From a bacterium (GTDB lineage Bacteria > Armatimonadota > Chthonomonadetes > Chthonomonadales > Chthonomonadaceae), in NCBI GenBank assembly GCA_900299305.1, contig OMJJ01000119.1, forward strand, positions 1 to 58,882: a DNA stretch of 58,882 nt. Direction: 5' to 3'. Shown in pieces: positions 37,873 through 47,097 of the stretch (its first letter is position 1; every line of letters begins with the position of its first letter). A model generated the notes under the pieces. That model had not been told where the DNA came from, made no database searches, and saw only the letters and a list, made by a program, of their open reading frames with translations. The position numbers were made by a program, and so were the translations under genes.

Positions 37873-38082
37873 TGACTATGAAAGGGGGTGGTGACTAGCA
37901 TGGATTACAGTCAACGAGGTGACCAGGCGGACTAGCCTGTTTTAGCCGCTTTCTGTTTTTGCTTCGCCCTTCGCTTCTGCGTCGGTGAACCAATTTAAGA
38001 AAGTGCAGGTCATGAACGGGCATCCGCCCTGTTCGCCTGATGAAGCCCGAACGCGCACTGCGCGTTCGGGCTATAACTTTTT
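37873..38082 (+). ncRNA. Candidate small non-coding RNA of unknown family (about 200 nt)
   Basis: Bounded by the promoter above and a 13-bp GC-rich terminator. Only 6- and 11-codon ORFs lie inside. Internal helices are possible (GGUGACCAGGCGG with CCGCCCUGUUCGCC, and hairpin GGCGGACUA/UAGCCGCU). Confidence 0.4.
38044..38082 (+). terminator. Rho-independent terminator
   Basis: AGCCCGAACGCGC-ACT-GCGCGTTCGGGCT, then ATAACTTTTT. It may also serve the convergent minus-strand gene that ends at 38083. Confidence 0.75.
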
Positions 38083-39237
38083 CTAGTTCCCCAACCCGAC
38101 AATGGCACTTGCACCTACTATCACCAACGAGGAGAACATCCTTCCATCTGAACTATCCTTACCAACGCACATCACCTTATCTCCTGCCCGTAAATCGGCA
38201 AAACGAATGGGTACAAGGTCGGCAACCGGAGTCTGCCCCGGTATAATCACCACAAGGTCTTCCCCCTTTTCACGAGTGATAACAAACGGACTAAGAGAGG
38301 CTACTTTCCCCGTCATGGCAAGGCTCTCTGATTCGGGACCGCGGAACATGGCAAACATCTCATTCGCAGGTACTTTGGGGTAGGAGTTTTTGCCGATGAG
38401 AAGTATCGCCGCAACGTATATCTTCGCGCCGAGCCTATCAGTTTGGTACTTTCCTTGCGCCGTTATGGTGTCGCCGATTTTCACGGTGTCGGGGTCTATG
38501 GGGATTTGGCGATACAGTTTGGCTTCGGGGTGGATAAACACACCCACGTTCTGCTCGGCAAAGCGAGGGCGAAACTCTACTTCTCTATCGCGTACCTTTA
38601 CCACCTCCCCAAACAGAGAACTCTGGCTGTCAGGGGCTTGCTGTAGTTCGATACGAGCGGCAAGCAAGAGTCCATCTGCGGAGCGTTTGCCGTATACCGC
38701 TATGGCTTGCGAAACACGAAGATTGTTGGCGGGACCTTGTACGGTCTTCATAACGGGGGTGTTCGGAGCGGTGAGAACGGGTAAATCCGCCCCTGCATCG
38801 TCCGTTACGGTAAGGGGTTGGAGCGTTTTGATTTTTCCGCCCCACATCACCGAATTACCATACCCACCTGCCTGTATCCCTTTCGTCTCCCCTCCGAAAA
38901 AGCCATCGTTTGCGGTAGGAGCCATTATCATATTTGCGATAAGGGGTTTTCCTGCGATTTTGTCACCCATCGCCATAATACGCATTCCTACCGTCAAATC
39001 TTTGATGGGCAGAAACTGCATGGTTTGGAGTTTGGTATCGGCATTGATAAGGACGCGGGTAAGTTGGGACGAGAAGCGAGGGCGTACCTGCAACACGTCT
39101 GCCCGTACCGAAACTATCGTGCCTGTGAGTTGCGGAAACCAGCTTGCCCCTGCGGGTTCGTCGTCGTCTGCGCGTACACTCGGAGCCAACCCTATCAGAA
39201 GAGCCAGCATCAGCCCTTTGAAAACTGCTTTTTGCAT
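38083..39237 (-). CDS. Secreted protein with four internal beta-rich repeats (DUF5666-like)
   Basis: Signal peptide. Repeated module of the form G.IVSV....L.VRPRF......V.I...T.L........DL.VG..I.A.G occurs about four times. Confidence 0.55.
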   Translation of the reverse strand: MQKAVFKGLMLALLIGLAPSVRADDDEPAGASWFPQLTGTIVSVRADVLQVRPRFSSQLTRVLINADTKLQTMQFLPIKDLTVGMRIMAMGDKIAGKPLIANMIMAPTANDGFFGGETKGIQAGGYGNSVMWGGKIKTLQPLTVTDDAGADLPVLTAPNTPVMKTVQGPANNLRVSQAIAVYGKRSADGLLLAARIELQQAPDSQSSLFGEVVKVRDREVEFRPRFAEQNVGVFIHPEAKLYRQIPIDPDTVKIGDTITAQGKYQTDRLGAKIYVAAILLIGKNSYPKVPANEMFAMFRGPESESLAMTGKVASLSPFVITREKGEDLVVIIPGQTPVADLVPIRFADLRAGDKVMCVGKDSSDGRMFSSLVIVGASAIVGLGN

Positions 39238-40875
39238 CTATTTGCCCTCCTGAGCCATTTTTTCGCGTAGGTTGCCATACGCCACGATACCCTCTGTACC
39301 TACATAGACCCGCCCATTCGCTACGGTAGGGCAAGAGAACTTACGTGCGTCCTTGAGTACATCGCGTTTTGCCTGCATATTGGAGTGGTAGAGTTCCTGC
39401 CCCGTGAGTGCGTCGTAGGCATGGAGTACTCCATCCTCCCCCGAATCGCCGTCGTTTTTGTTCGATTCTATCACCCAAACAATCGCGTCCTTATGCCCAT
39501 TACTAGAGACAGTAGGCGCGCCCGGCTGGTTGAGGGTCTTCTTGAGTGTCCAAGCGGTCTCTAGTTTGGGTTTCTTTTGGCTGGTATCTATTCGCATGGC
39601 AACTACACCCGCTTCGCCTTTGGGACCGGTTTCGTTCCCAGAGACATAGACGATTTTATTGGTGTCGCCTCCATCGAAAAAAGCGGGGGTCGTCTTGATG
39701 TTGCTATGGTAGAAGGCTTTGGGGTCTCCAAAGAGACGTTGCTTGTGTAGTTCACCACCCACACCGCCCAGATTGTCGCGGTCTACCATATAGATAAACC
39801 CATCCTTCCCGCAGGTAACAAGGAGTTTTCGTCCTCCGATGTCGGGAAGCACAATACCACTAGAGCCTCCCATATCTTGGTCGGTGGCATCCAGAAACTT
39901 GAAGTTGCCGGGGACATAGTAGTCACGTTTGTCTTTGGTCATGCGAATCTCGCTACCAGTAGGAATCAGTTTGAGGATGCTTTCGCATACGTTTTCGCCG
40001 CCCGTATCGAGGTCATAACTGCCTCTATCGGTTCCCAAGCCCCCGTTACCCGTCACCGCAAAAAGGTTGCCGTCGCGGTCTGCCGACACCCCCGCCGAAC
40101 CCCACATACCGCCGCCGTCGATGGTGGGCGCGGGAGTAAAAGCGCGTTGGGGAGAGGAGGGGTCTTGTACATTCAAACCAATGACCCAACCGTGCCACTC
40201 ACCCACATCGCACCGTGACCCGAAGGGGATATAGAGCCAGCCCTTTACGAGATTGAGTGCGCCCCGTTGGGTCAGTTGCCCCGCATCGAAGTCTAGCCCT
40301 TTATAGTGTCCCTTTAGGGTTTGCGGGTAGCCTTTTTTAATCTCGCCAGTGAGGATGTCTAACGCCCATACCCGATATGCCTGGCGGATACCGGGCTGTG
40401 TTACCCCACACACATATATCGTTTTGCGCCCCAAGTCAATAACGGGGGTGGAGGTGATACCGTGATAGGGGCGGATGTTGTTGCAGTCGTTGTACTGCGC
40501 TTCGTTGAGGTAGGGGGCAACGGTCTTTTGCCACAAAATCTCACCCGTAACCGCGTCTAGGGCATAGACGTTGTTCTTTTCGGTTCCGGTATAGAGTACA
40601 TCTCGCTTTTTGCCCTTGATGTTTAGGTTCGAGATATGTAGGGGTGAGCCGTATATCTGACCATCTAGCGGAACCTCCCAGATTTTACCGAAATCGTTGG
40701 GGTTGACGGTTTGGGGGCTAAGTTTGACTTCGTTGCGGTTCCAGCCCAAACGCGCCTCGTCACCATGAAACGTAGTGATGTGAACCCCCTGCGCCTGTGC
40801 CGAGGTATCTAGCCCACAAGCGACGAGGCAGAAGGCTAGGGAGGCGATATTTCGCAATGCAGAAATAGGTTTCAA
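39238..40875 (-). CDS. Secreted PQQ-like/BamB-like beta-propeller repeat protein
   Basis: Signal peptide. Repeated YALDA.TGEILW / VWALDILTGE / LHAYDALTGQELY motifs are typical of PQQ-like propellers. Confidence 0.7.
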   Translation of the reverse strand: MKPISALRNIASLAFCLVACGLDTSAQAQGVHITTFHGDEARLGWNRNEVKLSPQTVNPNDFGKIWEVPLDGQIYGSPLHISNLNIKGKKRDVLYTGTEKNNVYALDAVTGEILWQKTVAPYLNEAQYNDCNNIRPYHGITSTPVIDLGRKTIYVCGVTQPGIRQAYRVWALDILTGEIKKGYPQTLKGHYKGLDFDAGQLTQRGALNLVKGWLYIPFGSRCDVGEWHGWVIGLNVQDPSSPQRAFTPAPTIDGGGMWGSAGVSADRDGNLFAVTGNGGLGTDRGSYDLDTGGENVCESILKLIPTGSEIRMTKDKRDYYVPGNFKFLDATDQDMGGSSGIVLPDIGGRKLLVTCGKDGFIYMVDRDNLGGVGGELHKQRLFGDPKAFYHSNIKTTPAFFDGGDTNKIVYVSGNETGPKGEAGVVAMRIDTSQKKPKLETAWTLKKTLNQPGAPTVSSNGHKDAIVWVIESNKNDGDSGEDGVLHAYDALTGQELYHSNMQAKRDVLKDARKFSCPTVANGRVYVGTEGIVAYGNLREKMAQEGK

Positions 40876-40890
40876 TGCGGTTCCTCCTTG

Positions 40891-42153
40891 TTATAAGTGC
40901 CACGGGGCGCGGTAGGGGCGATAGAGCCAGCGGTTCGCCTCCTCGTTGCCTACGATGCGCTCTGTTTGCGGATTCCAGTTGATCTTTTGCCCCGAACGAA
41001 TGGCGATATTTCCTAAATGGCACACCGTTACCGAGCGGAATCCGATCTCGGCATCGCATATCGGGGTTTGGCGGGTACGAATGCACTCTAACCAGTTTTC
41101 GTGATGTTCCGGACTCTCGTAGAGGTGAACATCGTTTGCGCCCAGTTGTATCTCCAATAGGTCGGGTGAAGAGGCATCTAGCACCCCCCTATCCACGAAT
41201 ATCCACCCGTTTGTACCTACAAAGCGCACTCCGCGCTGGAGGTTACTACAGCGCAAGCGCACTCCATTGGCGTAGGTATAGAGTATCTCGAAGGTACTAG
41301 CGGTATCGAACGCACCTTCGGTGGGGAAGGTAGCGTACCCCTCTATCTCCACCGGTCCCGATTCGTCCATGCCTAGCCCCCACTGTGCGATGTCGTTCTG
41401 GTGTGCGCCCCAGTCGGTCATCATCCCCCCGGAGTAGTCGTAAAACCAGCGGAAGTTGAAGCCAAAGCGGTCTGTTTGAAACGGCACAAGCGGCGCAGGA
41501 CCGAGGTACATCTTCCAGTCCAGCCCTTTGGGTGGGTTGGTAATGCGTGGGTCGCCGCCTTTGGGTGCCCCCGAAAAGCCCGTATGTACGGTATGCACCT
41601 TTCCGATTTTGCCGCTTCGTACCAGTTCGCAGGCGTAACGGAACTTGCTATCCGAACGCTGTTGGCTTCCTACTTGGCACACTCTTCCGTAGCGGCGTAT
41701 CGCATTGATAACGGGTCTCCCCTCTCCAATCGAGTAGGTAAAGGGCTTTTCGCAGTAGATGTCTTTTCCTGCCTCCGCCGCGTTTTTGGTGATGAGTGCG
41801 TGCCAGTGGTCTGGGGTGGCTATCAGTACCGTGTCGATGTCTTTTCTGTCCAAAATGTAGCGGTAGTCGTTGTAGGCGGCGCAGTGTTCCCCTATCTTCA
41901 TTTTGGTCTTCATGCGGTAGGGTTCGTACACATCACATACCGCAAGAATATCCACATCGCGCCGCCCCATCAGTTTATCGAGGTGCGCGTTTCCCATACC
42001 CCCCGCGCCAATCAGCGCAATAGACACCCGATTAGAGACCGCTTGCCGGTTTGCATTGCCAAGCGCGTTCGAGGGAACGAGGGTAGGAAGCAGACCGGTC
42101 GCAAGGGAGGTTGTCAGGAACTGCTTTCGTGAGAGGGTGGGTTTCAATCTCAT
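40891..42153 (-). CDS. Gfo/Idh/MocA-family oxidoreductase with Tat-like signal
   Basis: SRKQFLTTSLATG leader, Rossmann motif IALIGAGGMGNAH, and family-typical EKP motif (CEKPF). Confidence 0.85.
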   Translation of the reverse strand: MRLKPTLSRKQFLTTSLATGLLPTLVPSNALGNANRQAVSNRVSIALIGAGGMGNAHLDKLMGRRDVDILAVCDVYEPYRMKTKMKIGEHCAAYNDYRYILDRKDIDTVLIATPDHWHALITKNAAEAGKDIYCEKPFTYSIGEGRPVINAIRRYGRVCQVGSQQRSDSKFRYACELVRSGKIGKVHTVHTGFSGAPKGGDPRITNPPKGLDWKMYLGPAPLVPFQTDRFGFNFRWFYDYSGGMMTDWGAHQNDIAQWGLGMDESGPVEIEGYATFPTEGAFDTASTFEILYTYANGVRLRCSNLQRGVRFVGTNGWIFVDRGVLDASSPDLLEIQLGANDVHLYESPEHHENWLECIRTRQTPICDAEIGFRSVTVCHLGNIAIRSGQKINWNPQTERIVGNEEANRWLYRPYRAPWHL

Positions 42154-42935
42154 GCTTTTGCGGTAAGTCCTAAGTTACGGGCGTGGAAAGCAATCGCCTC
42201 TTGTACATGAATATCCCAGTAGTCCCACGTATGCGCTCCGGGAAACTCTTCGTACTCATGCGGGTAGCCTATCGCTTCGAGGTGGGCATGGAAGGCGCGG
42301 TTGTAGTCGATGAGGAAATCGTCTACCCCGCAGTCGATACGCAGATGGGGACGCTGTGACGGCTTGAGGTTTTCGGCAAGAGCAAAGCAGTCGTTCTCAC
42401 CTCCTACGGGGCTATCTCCAATAATCCGCCGGAACTCCGTCGCGAAGGTGTTGGCGGGGTCGTCGGGTAGAGGTGTGTGTGCGAAGGCAACCGCTCCCGA
42501 ATGGCTGACCGCAGAGGAGAAGAGGTGCGGGTATTTGAGGGCGAGTTTTGCCGCGCCATACCCACCCATAGATAGCCCACCAATACAACGTCCCTCCCGT
42601 GTGGCGTTGGTCTGGAAAAGGGTATCTATATAGTTTACGAGGTCGTGTACGAGGGCAGTCTCCCACTTCATTCCCTCTACCGCATCGCAGTAGAAGCCGC
42701 GCCCTCCATCGGGCATAACGACAATGAGAGGCAAATCTGCCACATAGCGTTCTATGCTCGTGCGGCGTTGCCAAATACTCTGGTCGTCCGACAAGCCGTG
42801 CAGAAGGTAGAAGGTCGCAAAGGGGGCAGTAAGATTTTTTTCGGGCAGAATAACAGTGGCGGAGGTCGCTTTTTGCAGTGCCTCGCTAAAAAACTTGATT
42901 TCGCAAACAGCCATGGGGGGCGGTTCCTTTCCCAA
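42150..42935 (-). CDS. Esterase-family protein (esterase D/putative esterase type)
   Basis: YLLHGLSDD and nucleophile elbow GLSMGGYGA, plus a C-terminal GAHTW motif. It overlaps the next start by 4 nt. Confidence 0.8.
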   Translation of the reverse strand: MGKEPPPMAVCEIKFFSEALQKATSATVILPEKNLTAPFATFYLLHGLSDDQSIWQRRTSIERYVADLPLIVVMPDGGRGFYCDAVEGMKWETALVHDLVNYIDTLFQTNATREGRCIGGLSMGGYGAAKLALKYPHLFSSAVSHSGAVAFAHTPLPDDPANTFATEFRRIIGDSPVGGENDCFALAENLKPSQRPHLRIDCGVDDFLIDYNRAFHAHLEAIGYPHEYEEFPGAHTWDYWDIHVQEAIAFHARNLGLTAKA

Positions 42936-43026
42936 AAACAGGTGTAAAACGAGATAGTACTATGATTCGCGATTGGAAGCGATTCCCCTCCTGTAATTTT
43001 GCGAAGGAGTAGGGTAGAATCTGTTT

Positions 43027-43374
43027 GCGAGAAGGTTGGATGGTCGCTCCTGCCGTTTTGGTTGGGAGAGGAAAGTCCGGGCTTCATAGGGCGCGATGCC
43101 GGATAACGTCCGGGCGGGGCAACCCGACGGAAAGTGCCACAGAAAAGACACAGCCGCGCCTTCGGGTGGCGGCAACGGTGAAATGGTGCGGTAAAAGCGC
43201 ACCAGCGGCGTGGAGACACGTCGGCTAGGTAAACCCCATCGGAAGCAAGGTCAGACAGAAGGGGCTGAGGTGGCTCCGCCGACCCTTCGGGATAGACCGC
43301 ATGAGGAGTTGGGTAACTAACTTCCTAGAGAGATGACCATACAAATACAGAACCCGGCTTATAGACCTTCTCGC
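43027..43374 (+). ncRNA. rnpB: RNase P RNA, bacterial type A
   Basis: GAGGAAAGTCCGGGCT, ACAGAAAAGACA, GGTAAACCCCATCGGAAGCAAGGTCAGA and ACAGAACCCGGCTTATAG universal motifs. P1 pairs GCGAGAAGGT (43027) with ACCTTCTCGC (43374). TAGAAT lies 6 nt upstream. Confidence 0.92.
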
Positions 43375-43471
43375 TTTTACGATTGCCAATCCCCCCGCAG
43401 TACCCCCTAACCCTCTTTTATACAGGTGATAGTTCGTCATCCTAAGCACCTAATAGCGTTATGTGATTACG

Positions 43472-44311
43472 CTACCCCTCCCGTTCACGAGAGCGTAGTA
43501 ACTCTTCGGTGGGCTCTGCTTGCTCTTGGCTAGGGCGTAGCAGTTCGTTACTGTGTTCGGGGAGAGCGGAGGCGCGTAGCAAGGTCTGTACCTCTTGCAC
43601 TCGCTCTATGTTTTGACGTAGGTAGCCCGCACAAGTCTCAGCGGCTTCGTGGAGAGTAGGGTCGGTGTTACGATTCAGTAGGCTCTCTACCGCCTCTAGC
43701 GCAGAGGCATCTCCTACCTGTTCATAAGCTTTGAGTATCGCGAGTTTGAAAGCGGTAGCGGGCATTTGCCGTGTGTAGGAGTGTAGTAGGCTTTTGTTTA
43801 GCAGTTGCCTGTGTTCGGGAGTGAGGAGAGGGGCATCCGCCAACTTCATCATAGGGAGCAAGAGGGTGAGGCACTGCTCAATCGTAGGCTCGGTACGGCG
43901 TTTTGTGACTCCATACTTAATGAGAAGCGGAACATACCTCACCTCTTGGTTTTGCTGTAGTAACTTGGCAAAGGTGAGCAGAGAGCTAGATTCGCGTGTG
44001 TAAGCCCCTCCGCACCACAGAAGTGCGTATATGCCATAGATAATCTGCCCGGAAACCCAACCATGTCCCAACGCATCCCAAAAAAGGTATAACCAAAGCC
44101 ATTTAAACGCGAATGTAGTGTATCGGGTTACACGGTGTGATACTGCTATCATTGCCAAAAGCACCTGTATGCCCGGCTCTCCTTGTGCTAGTAACTCCTT
44201 TACGGTAGCCCTCCTACCCTCTTCACTAAAGAGGTTATTCGCTCTACAGTACAGTACGAAACGCTCCAACCAGTTCAGTTTTAGCGGCGCAAGAGCGGGT
44301 TTGGTAGGCAT
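43472..44311 (-). CDS. Hypothetical helical protein with central hydrophobic segments
   Basis: 279-aa ORF, 9 nt downstream of the DUF1553 gene on the same strand. No family recognised. Confidence 0.5.
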   Translation of the reverse strand: MPTKPALAPLKLNWLERFVLYCRANNLFSEEGRRATVKELLAQGEPGIQVLLAMIAVSHRVTRYTTFAFKWLWLYLFWDALGHGWVSGQIIYGIYALLWCGGAYTRESSSLLTFAKLLQQNQEVRYVPLLIKYGVTKRRTEPTIEQCLTLLLPMMKLADAPLLTPEHRQLLNKSLLHSYTRQMPATAFKLAILKAYEQVGDASALEAVESLLNRNTDPTLHEAAETCAGYLRQNIERVQEVQTLLRASALPEHSNELLRPSQEQAEPTEELLRSREREG

Positions 44312-44320
44312 GGCATGTCC

Positions 44321-46789
44321 CTAGTCGATATAGACAAACTCGTTTGCACTTAGGAGAGCCAAGCAGAAATCTGCGAGGGCAGTACTCGCTGCAACGTCCG
44401 CCGATTTCCCCGTGCGTTGATAGCGCAGGGTTTGCGACTGCACGAAGCCCAACGCCTCTCGCATTTCGTTTTCGGAAGGAGGGCGCACCAGTGCCAAAAG
44501 GTACGCTTTTCGGATGCGGCTTTTCAGGGTTTCGTAGTCGGAGAGGGGCTTTTCGGCTTGGGTTTCGCGCAGAACCCGTCCGGCGAAGTGGGCGGCTTGT
44601 GTCATCATAAAGCGGCTATTGAGGAGGGTAAGTGCTTGGGTTGGAGTGGTGGAGGTGGCTCTGCGCGTGCAGTTCGTCTCCATCACGGGGCTATCAAAGA
44701 CGTTTAGGAAGGTGACGGGCAACGAGCGGCGTACCAGCAGGTAGAGCGAACGCCGCCCCCCTTTCTCCTCACCGCTTGCCACAATCTCGCCCGTGTCCCG
44801 CATCTCGTTTCCGATAGGTGCGCCGTACATCGTTGTATCCAGCGTTCCCGTAGTAGCCAGTATCCCATCCCTAATCGCCTCCGCCTCTAAACGTCGCGCC
44901 CGTTGCCGCCAAAGCAGTCGGTTCTCCACATCTTTCGCGGCGCACTCCGGACGGTAGGCGGAGGCTTGGCAGTAGGTATCACTCGTTACGATAAGGCGAT
45001 GGAGCGGCTTGAGTGTCCACGCGCTACTCCCCGCAATTCCACGTACAAACTGCGTAGCCAGCCAGTCTAGCAGTTGCGGATGAGTTGGCTGTTGCCCTGA
45101 ACGCCCAAAATTCTCTATTGAGGGGACTATCCCTACCCCAAAATGGTGCGCCCATACTCTATTCACTAGCACTCGTGCCGTAAGCGGGTTATCGGGGCGC
45201 GTTATCCACTCCGCAAGGGCGAGTCGCCTTCTGGTAGTGTTCGCCTCCTTAGCGATGGCGGGGAGTTGGAAAGGGTGCTTGGGGTCGTTTAGAACGGCAG
45301 GTATGCCGGGTTCCACCGCCTCCCCCAGTTTGGTATACTCCCCACGTAGGAGAATATGCGTGGTAGGAGGTTGGGTATCTTGGTCGTATAGGGCGCGTAT
45401 CTCTTGGAGCCTGACCCGCTTACCCTCCTCCTTAGCACGTGCCTCCGCTATCGCTTTGAGTTCGGACTGGAAGGCGGGGAACTGCTTGGAAAGAACCTCC
45501 ACGCTTGCGTTGGGGCTACCTTTAAGTTTGGCGCGGTACTCCCCAATAAGTCTCTGTTCTCGTTGCACCAAGCCTTGCAGGGCAGTATCTACCTGTGCGT
45601 TTACCGCTTTGGCGTGTGTCTGCTCCTCTGCGGTTCCTGCTACAATCACGCGGCGGTAGGTCGGTAGCAGTTTACCGGTGGGTCGAATGGCTCCTGCCAG
45701 TATCGCCTGTAGACGGTAGTAGTCTTTTTGAGAGAGAGGCTCGTACTTGTGGTCGTGGCAACGCGCACACTGGAGAGTTACGCCGAGAGTAGAGGAGACG
45801 AGTATCGTCTGGGTATCGTGCAACATTCGGTACTGATACTCGGTGAACTGGTGTTCGTTGAAGTCGTCGCGGGTGGCATCGACAGCCGTTCTCAGGAAGC
45901 CCGTCGCGGTGACTGCCTCCTCAATTTCGGGTGTCCACTGCTTTGCGTTACGATAACCGCTCAGTTCGTCCCCCGCTATCTGCTCTTTTAGAAAACGGTT
46001 ATAGGGCTTGTCGGCGTTCAGACTACGAATCACGTAGTCGCGGTATCGCCAAGCGTTCTCGCGGATTCTATCCTCTTGCAGTACCCCCTCGCTATCGGCG
46101 TACCCTGCGGTATCTAGCCAGTACCGCGCCCACCGCTCTCCATATCGCGAGTCTGCTAGAAGGCGGTTGACCACCTTTTCGTAGGCGTTGGGAGAGGTGT
46201 CGGCGAGGAAATCGGCAACCTCTTTGGGGGTAGGCGGTAGCCCGATAAGGTCGTAGGTAACACGGCGCAAGAGGGTACGGCGGTCTGCACGGGGCGAGAG
46301 GGATAGCCCTTTTTTCTGTAAGGCGGAGACGATAAACGAATCTATGGGGTTGGCGGCTTTTACAGAGGGAACAGGGGGGCATATCGGCGCACGAAACGCC
46401 CAGTGTCCGCTCTCTTTGGTGCTTCCTTTCGCCCCCGTCTCAATCCAGTGGGCGATTTTTTGAACCTCAGAGGCAGAGAGTTTGTTAGGACTAGGCGGCA
46501 TTTTACCCGATTTTACGGCGGTATAGAGGCGGCTCTTTTCGGGAGTTCCTACCACGATTGCCGTTCCGAAGTTTCCACCTTGTAAGGCACTTCCCAGAGT
46601 GCGTAAGTCCAGCCCTGCTTGTGCCATTCCCGCTCCATGACACCCAAAACAGCGGGCTTGTAGTAGGGGGAGGATGTCGCGCTCGTAGGTTATGGGGGGA
46701 GTGGTGGGCTTGGGAGTATCCGCAAAAGCGAACAGGGAAAGCCCCACAAATGCGACCAGTAGCAACCCGTATAAAAAACTTCTCTTCAC
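44321..46789 (-). CDS. PSCyt1/DUF1549/DUF1553 domain protein (planctomycete-type cytochrome c fusion)
   Basis: Signal peptide and heme motif CFGCHG. DUF1549-like RRVTYDLIGLPPTPKEV and DUF1553-like HPQLLDWLATQFV....WTLKPLHRLIVTSDTYCQ. Confidence 0.85.
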   Translation of the reverse strand: MKRSFLYGLLLVAFVGLSLFAFADTPKPTTPPITYERDILPLLQARCFGCHGAGMAQAGLDLRTLGSALQGGNFGTAIVVGTPEKSRLYTAVKSGKMPPSPNKLSASEVQKIAHWIETGAKGSTKESGHWAFRAPICPPVPSVKAANPIDSFIVSALQKKGLSLSPRADRRTLLRRVTYDLIGLPPTPKEVADFLADTSPNAYEKVVNRLLADSRYGERWARYWLDTAGYADSEGVLQEDRIRENAWRYRDYVIRSLNADKPYNRFLKEQIAGDELSGYRNAKQWTPEIEEAVTATGFLRTAVDATRDDFNEHQFTEYQYRMLHDTQTILVSSTLGVTLQCARCHDHKYEPLSQKDYYRLQAILAGAIRPTGKLLPTYRRVIVAGTAEEQTHAKAVNAQVDTALQGLVQREQRLIGEYRAKLKGSPNASVEVLSKQFPAFQSELKAIAEARAKEEGKRVRLQEIRALYDQDTQPPTTHILLRGEYTKLGEAVEPGIPAVLNDPKHPFQLPAIAKEANTTRRRLALAEWITRPDNPLTARVLVNRVWAHHFGVGIVPSIENFGRSGQQPTHPQLLDWLATQFVRGIAGSSAWTLKPLHRLIVTSDTYCQASAYRPECAAKDVENRLLWRQRARRLEAEAIRDGILATTGTLDTTMYGAPIGNEMRDTGEIVASGEEKGGRRSLYLLVRRSLPVTFLNVFDSPVMETNCTRRATSTTPTQALTLLNSRFMMTQAAHFAGRVLRETQAEKPLSDYETLKSRIRKAYLLALVRPPSENEMREALGFVQSQTLRYQRTGKSADVAASTALADFCLALLSANEFVYID

Positions 46790-46820
46790 GCTGTTACCCC
46801 TCTTCCTCTTCCAAACTGCC

Positions 46821-46849
46821 TTGACAATAGAGCCGTTTCCCGATACAAT
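46821..46849 (+). promoter_or_regulatory. Consensus-like sigma-70 promoter of the toxin-antitoxin pair
   Basis: TTGACA (46821-46826), 17-nt spacer, TACAAT (46844-46849), about 40 nt upstream of ATG 46891. Confidence 0.6.
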
Positions 46850-46890
46850 GACAACAGAGCTTTCGTCATTTCAAGGAAAAGGTTGGCGTT

Positions 46891-47097
46891 ATGGCAATCA
46901 AACACCCTATACACTCTATTCCCAATACTACGGAGGCGGATATCGACTCAAAGCGAGTTACACCTATCGTTCTGTCTGCCTCTGAGACGAAGGATTTGCT
47001 CCAAAGTCTTCATGCCGCGCCTCAACCTCTCTCTTTAGAGGTACAGAACGCGATAGCGAACTATAAGCGCATTAAGGCGAAGCCTCTACCCAAATGA
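46891..47097 (+). CDS. DUF1778 (TacA-like) antitoxin, short form
   Basis: 68 aa. IVLSASETKDLLQSLHAAPQPLSLEVQNAIANYKRI resembles the C-terminal toxin-neutralising half of DUF1778 antitoxins. Its stop overlaps the toxin ATG (ATGA). Confidence 0.55.
   Translation: MAIKHPIHSIPNTTEADIDSKRVTPIVLSASETKDLLQSLHAAPQPLSLEVQNAIANYKRIKAKPLPK

Noticed and set aside
37873-38082. Identification of the candidate sRNA as SRP (4.5S) RNA, tmRNA or a riboswitch.
   Set aside because: There is no GGAA tetraloop with a flanking AGCA/GGUCC domain IV signature, and no tRNA-like GGGG...CCACCA ends. No downstream plus-strand gene exists for a riboswitch. The family is left open.
38390-39253. 287-aa plus-strand ORF.
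   Set aside because: It is antisense to the 384-aa secreted repeat protein, which has a clean signal peptide and internal repeats. The plus-strand product is Ser/Arg/Cys/Pro-rich and lacks a plausible RBS.
41401-42132. 243-aa plus-strand ORF.
   Set aside because: It is antisense to the Gfo/Idh/MocA oxidoreductase gene, which has a Rossmann motif and a Tat leader.
42752-43449. Four track ORFs (42752-43219 minus, 42960-43202 minus, 43025-43228 plus, 43225-43449 minus).
   Set aside because: They overlap the RNase P RNA gene, which carries unmistakable universal motifs. Their products are Arg/Pro/Ser-rich low-complexity sequences typical of spurious ORFs in structured GC-rich RNA.
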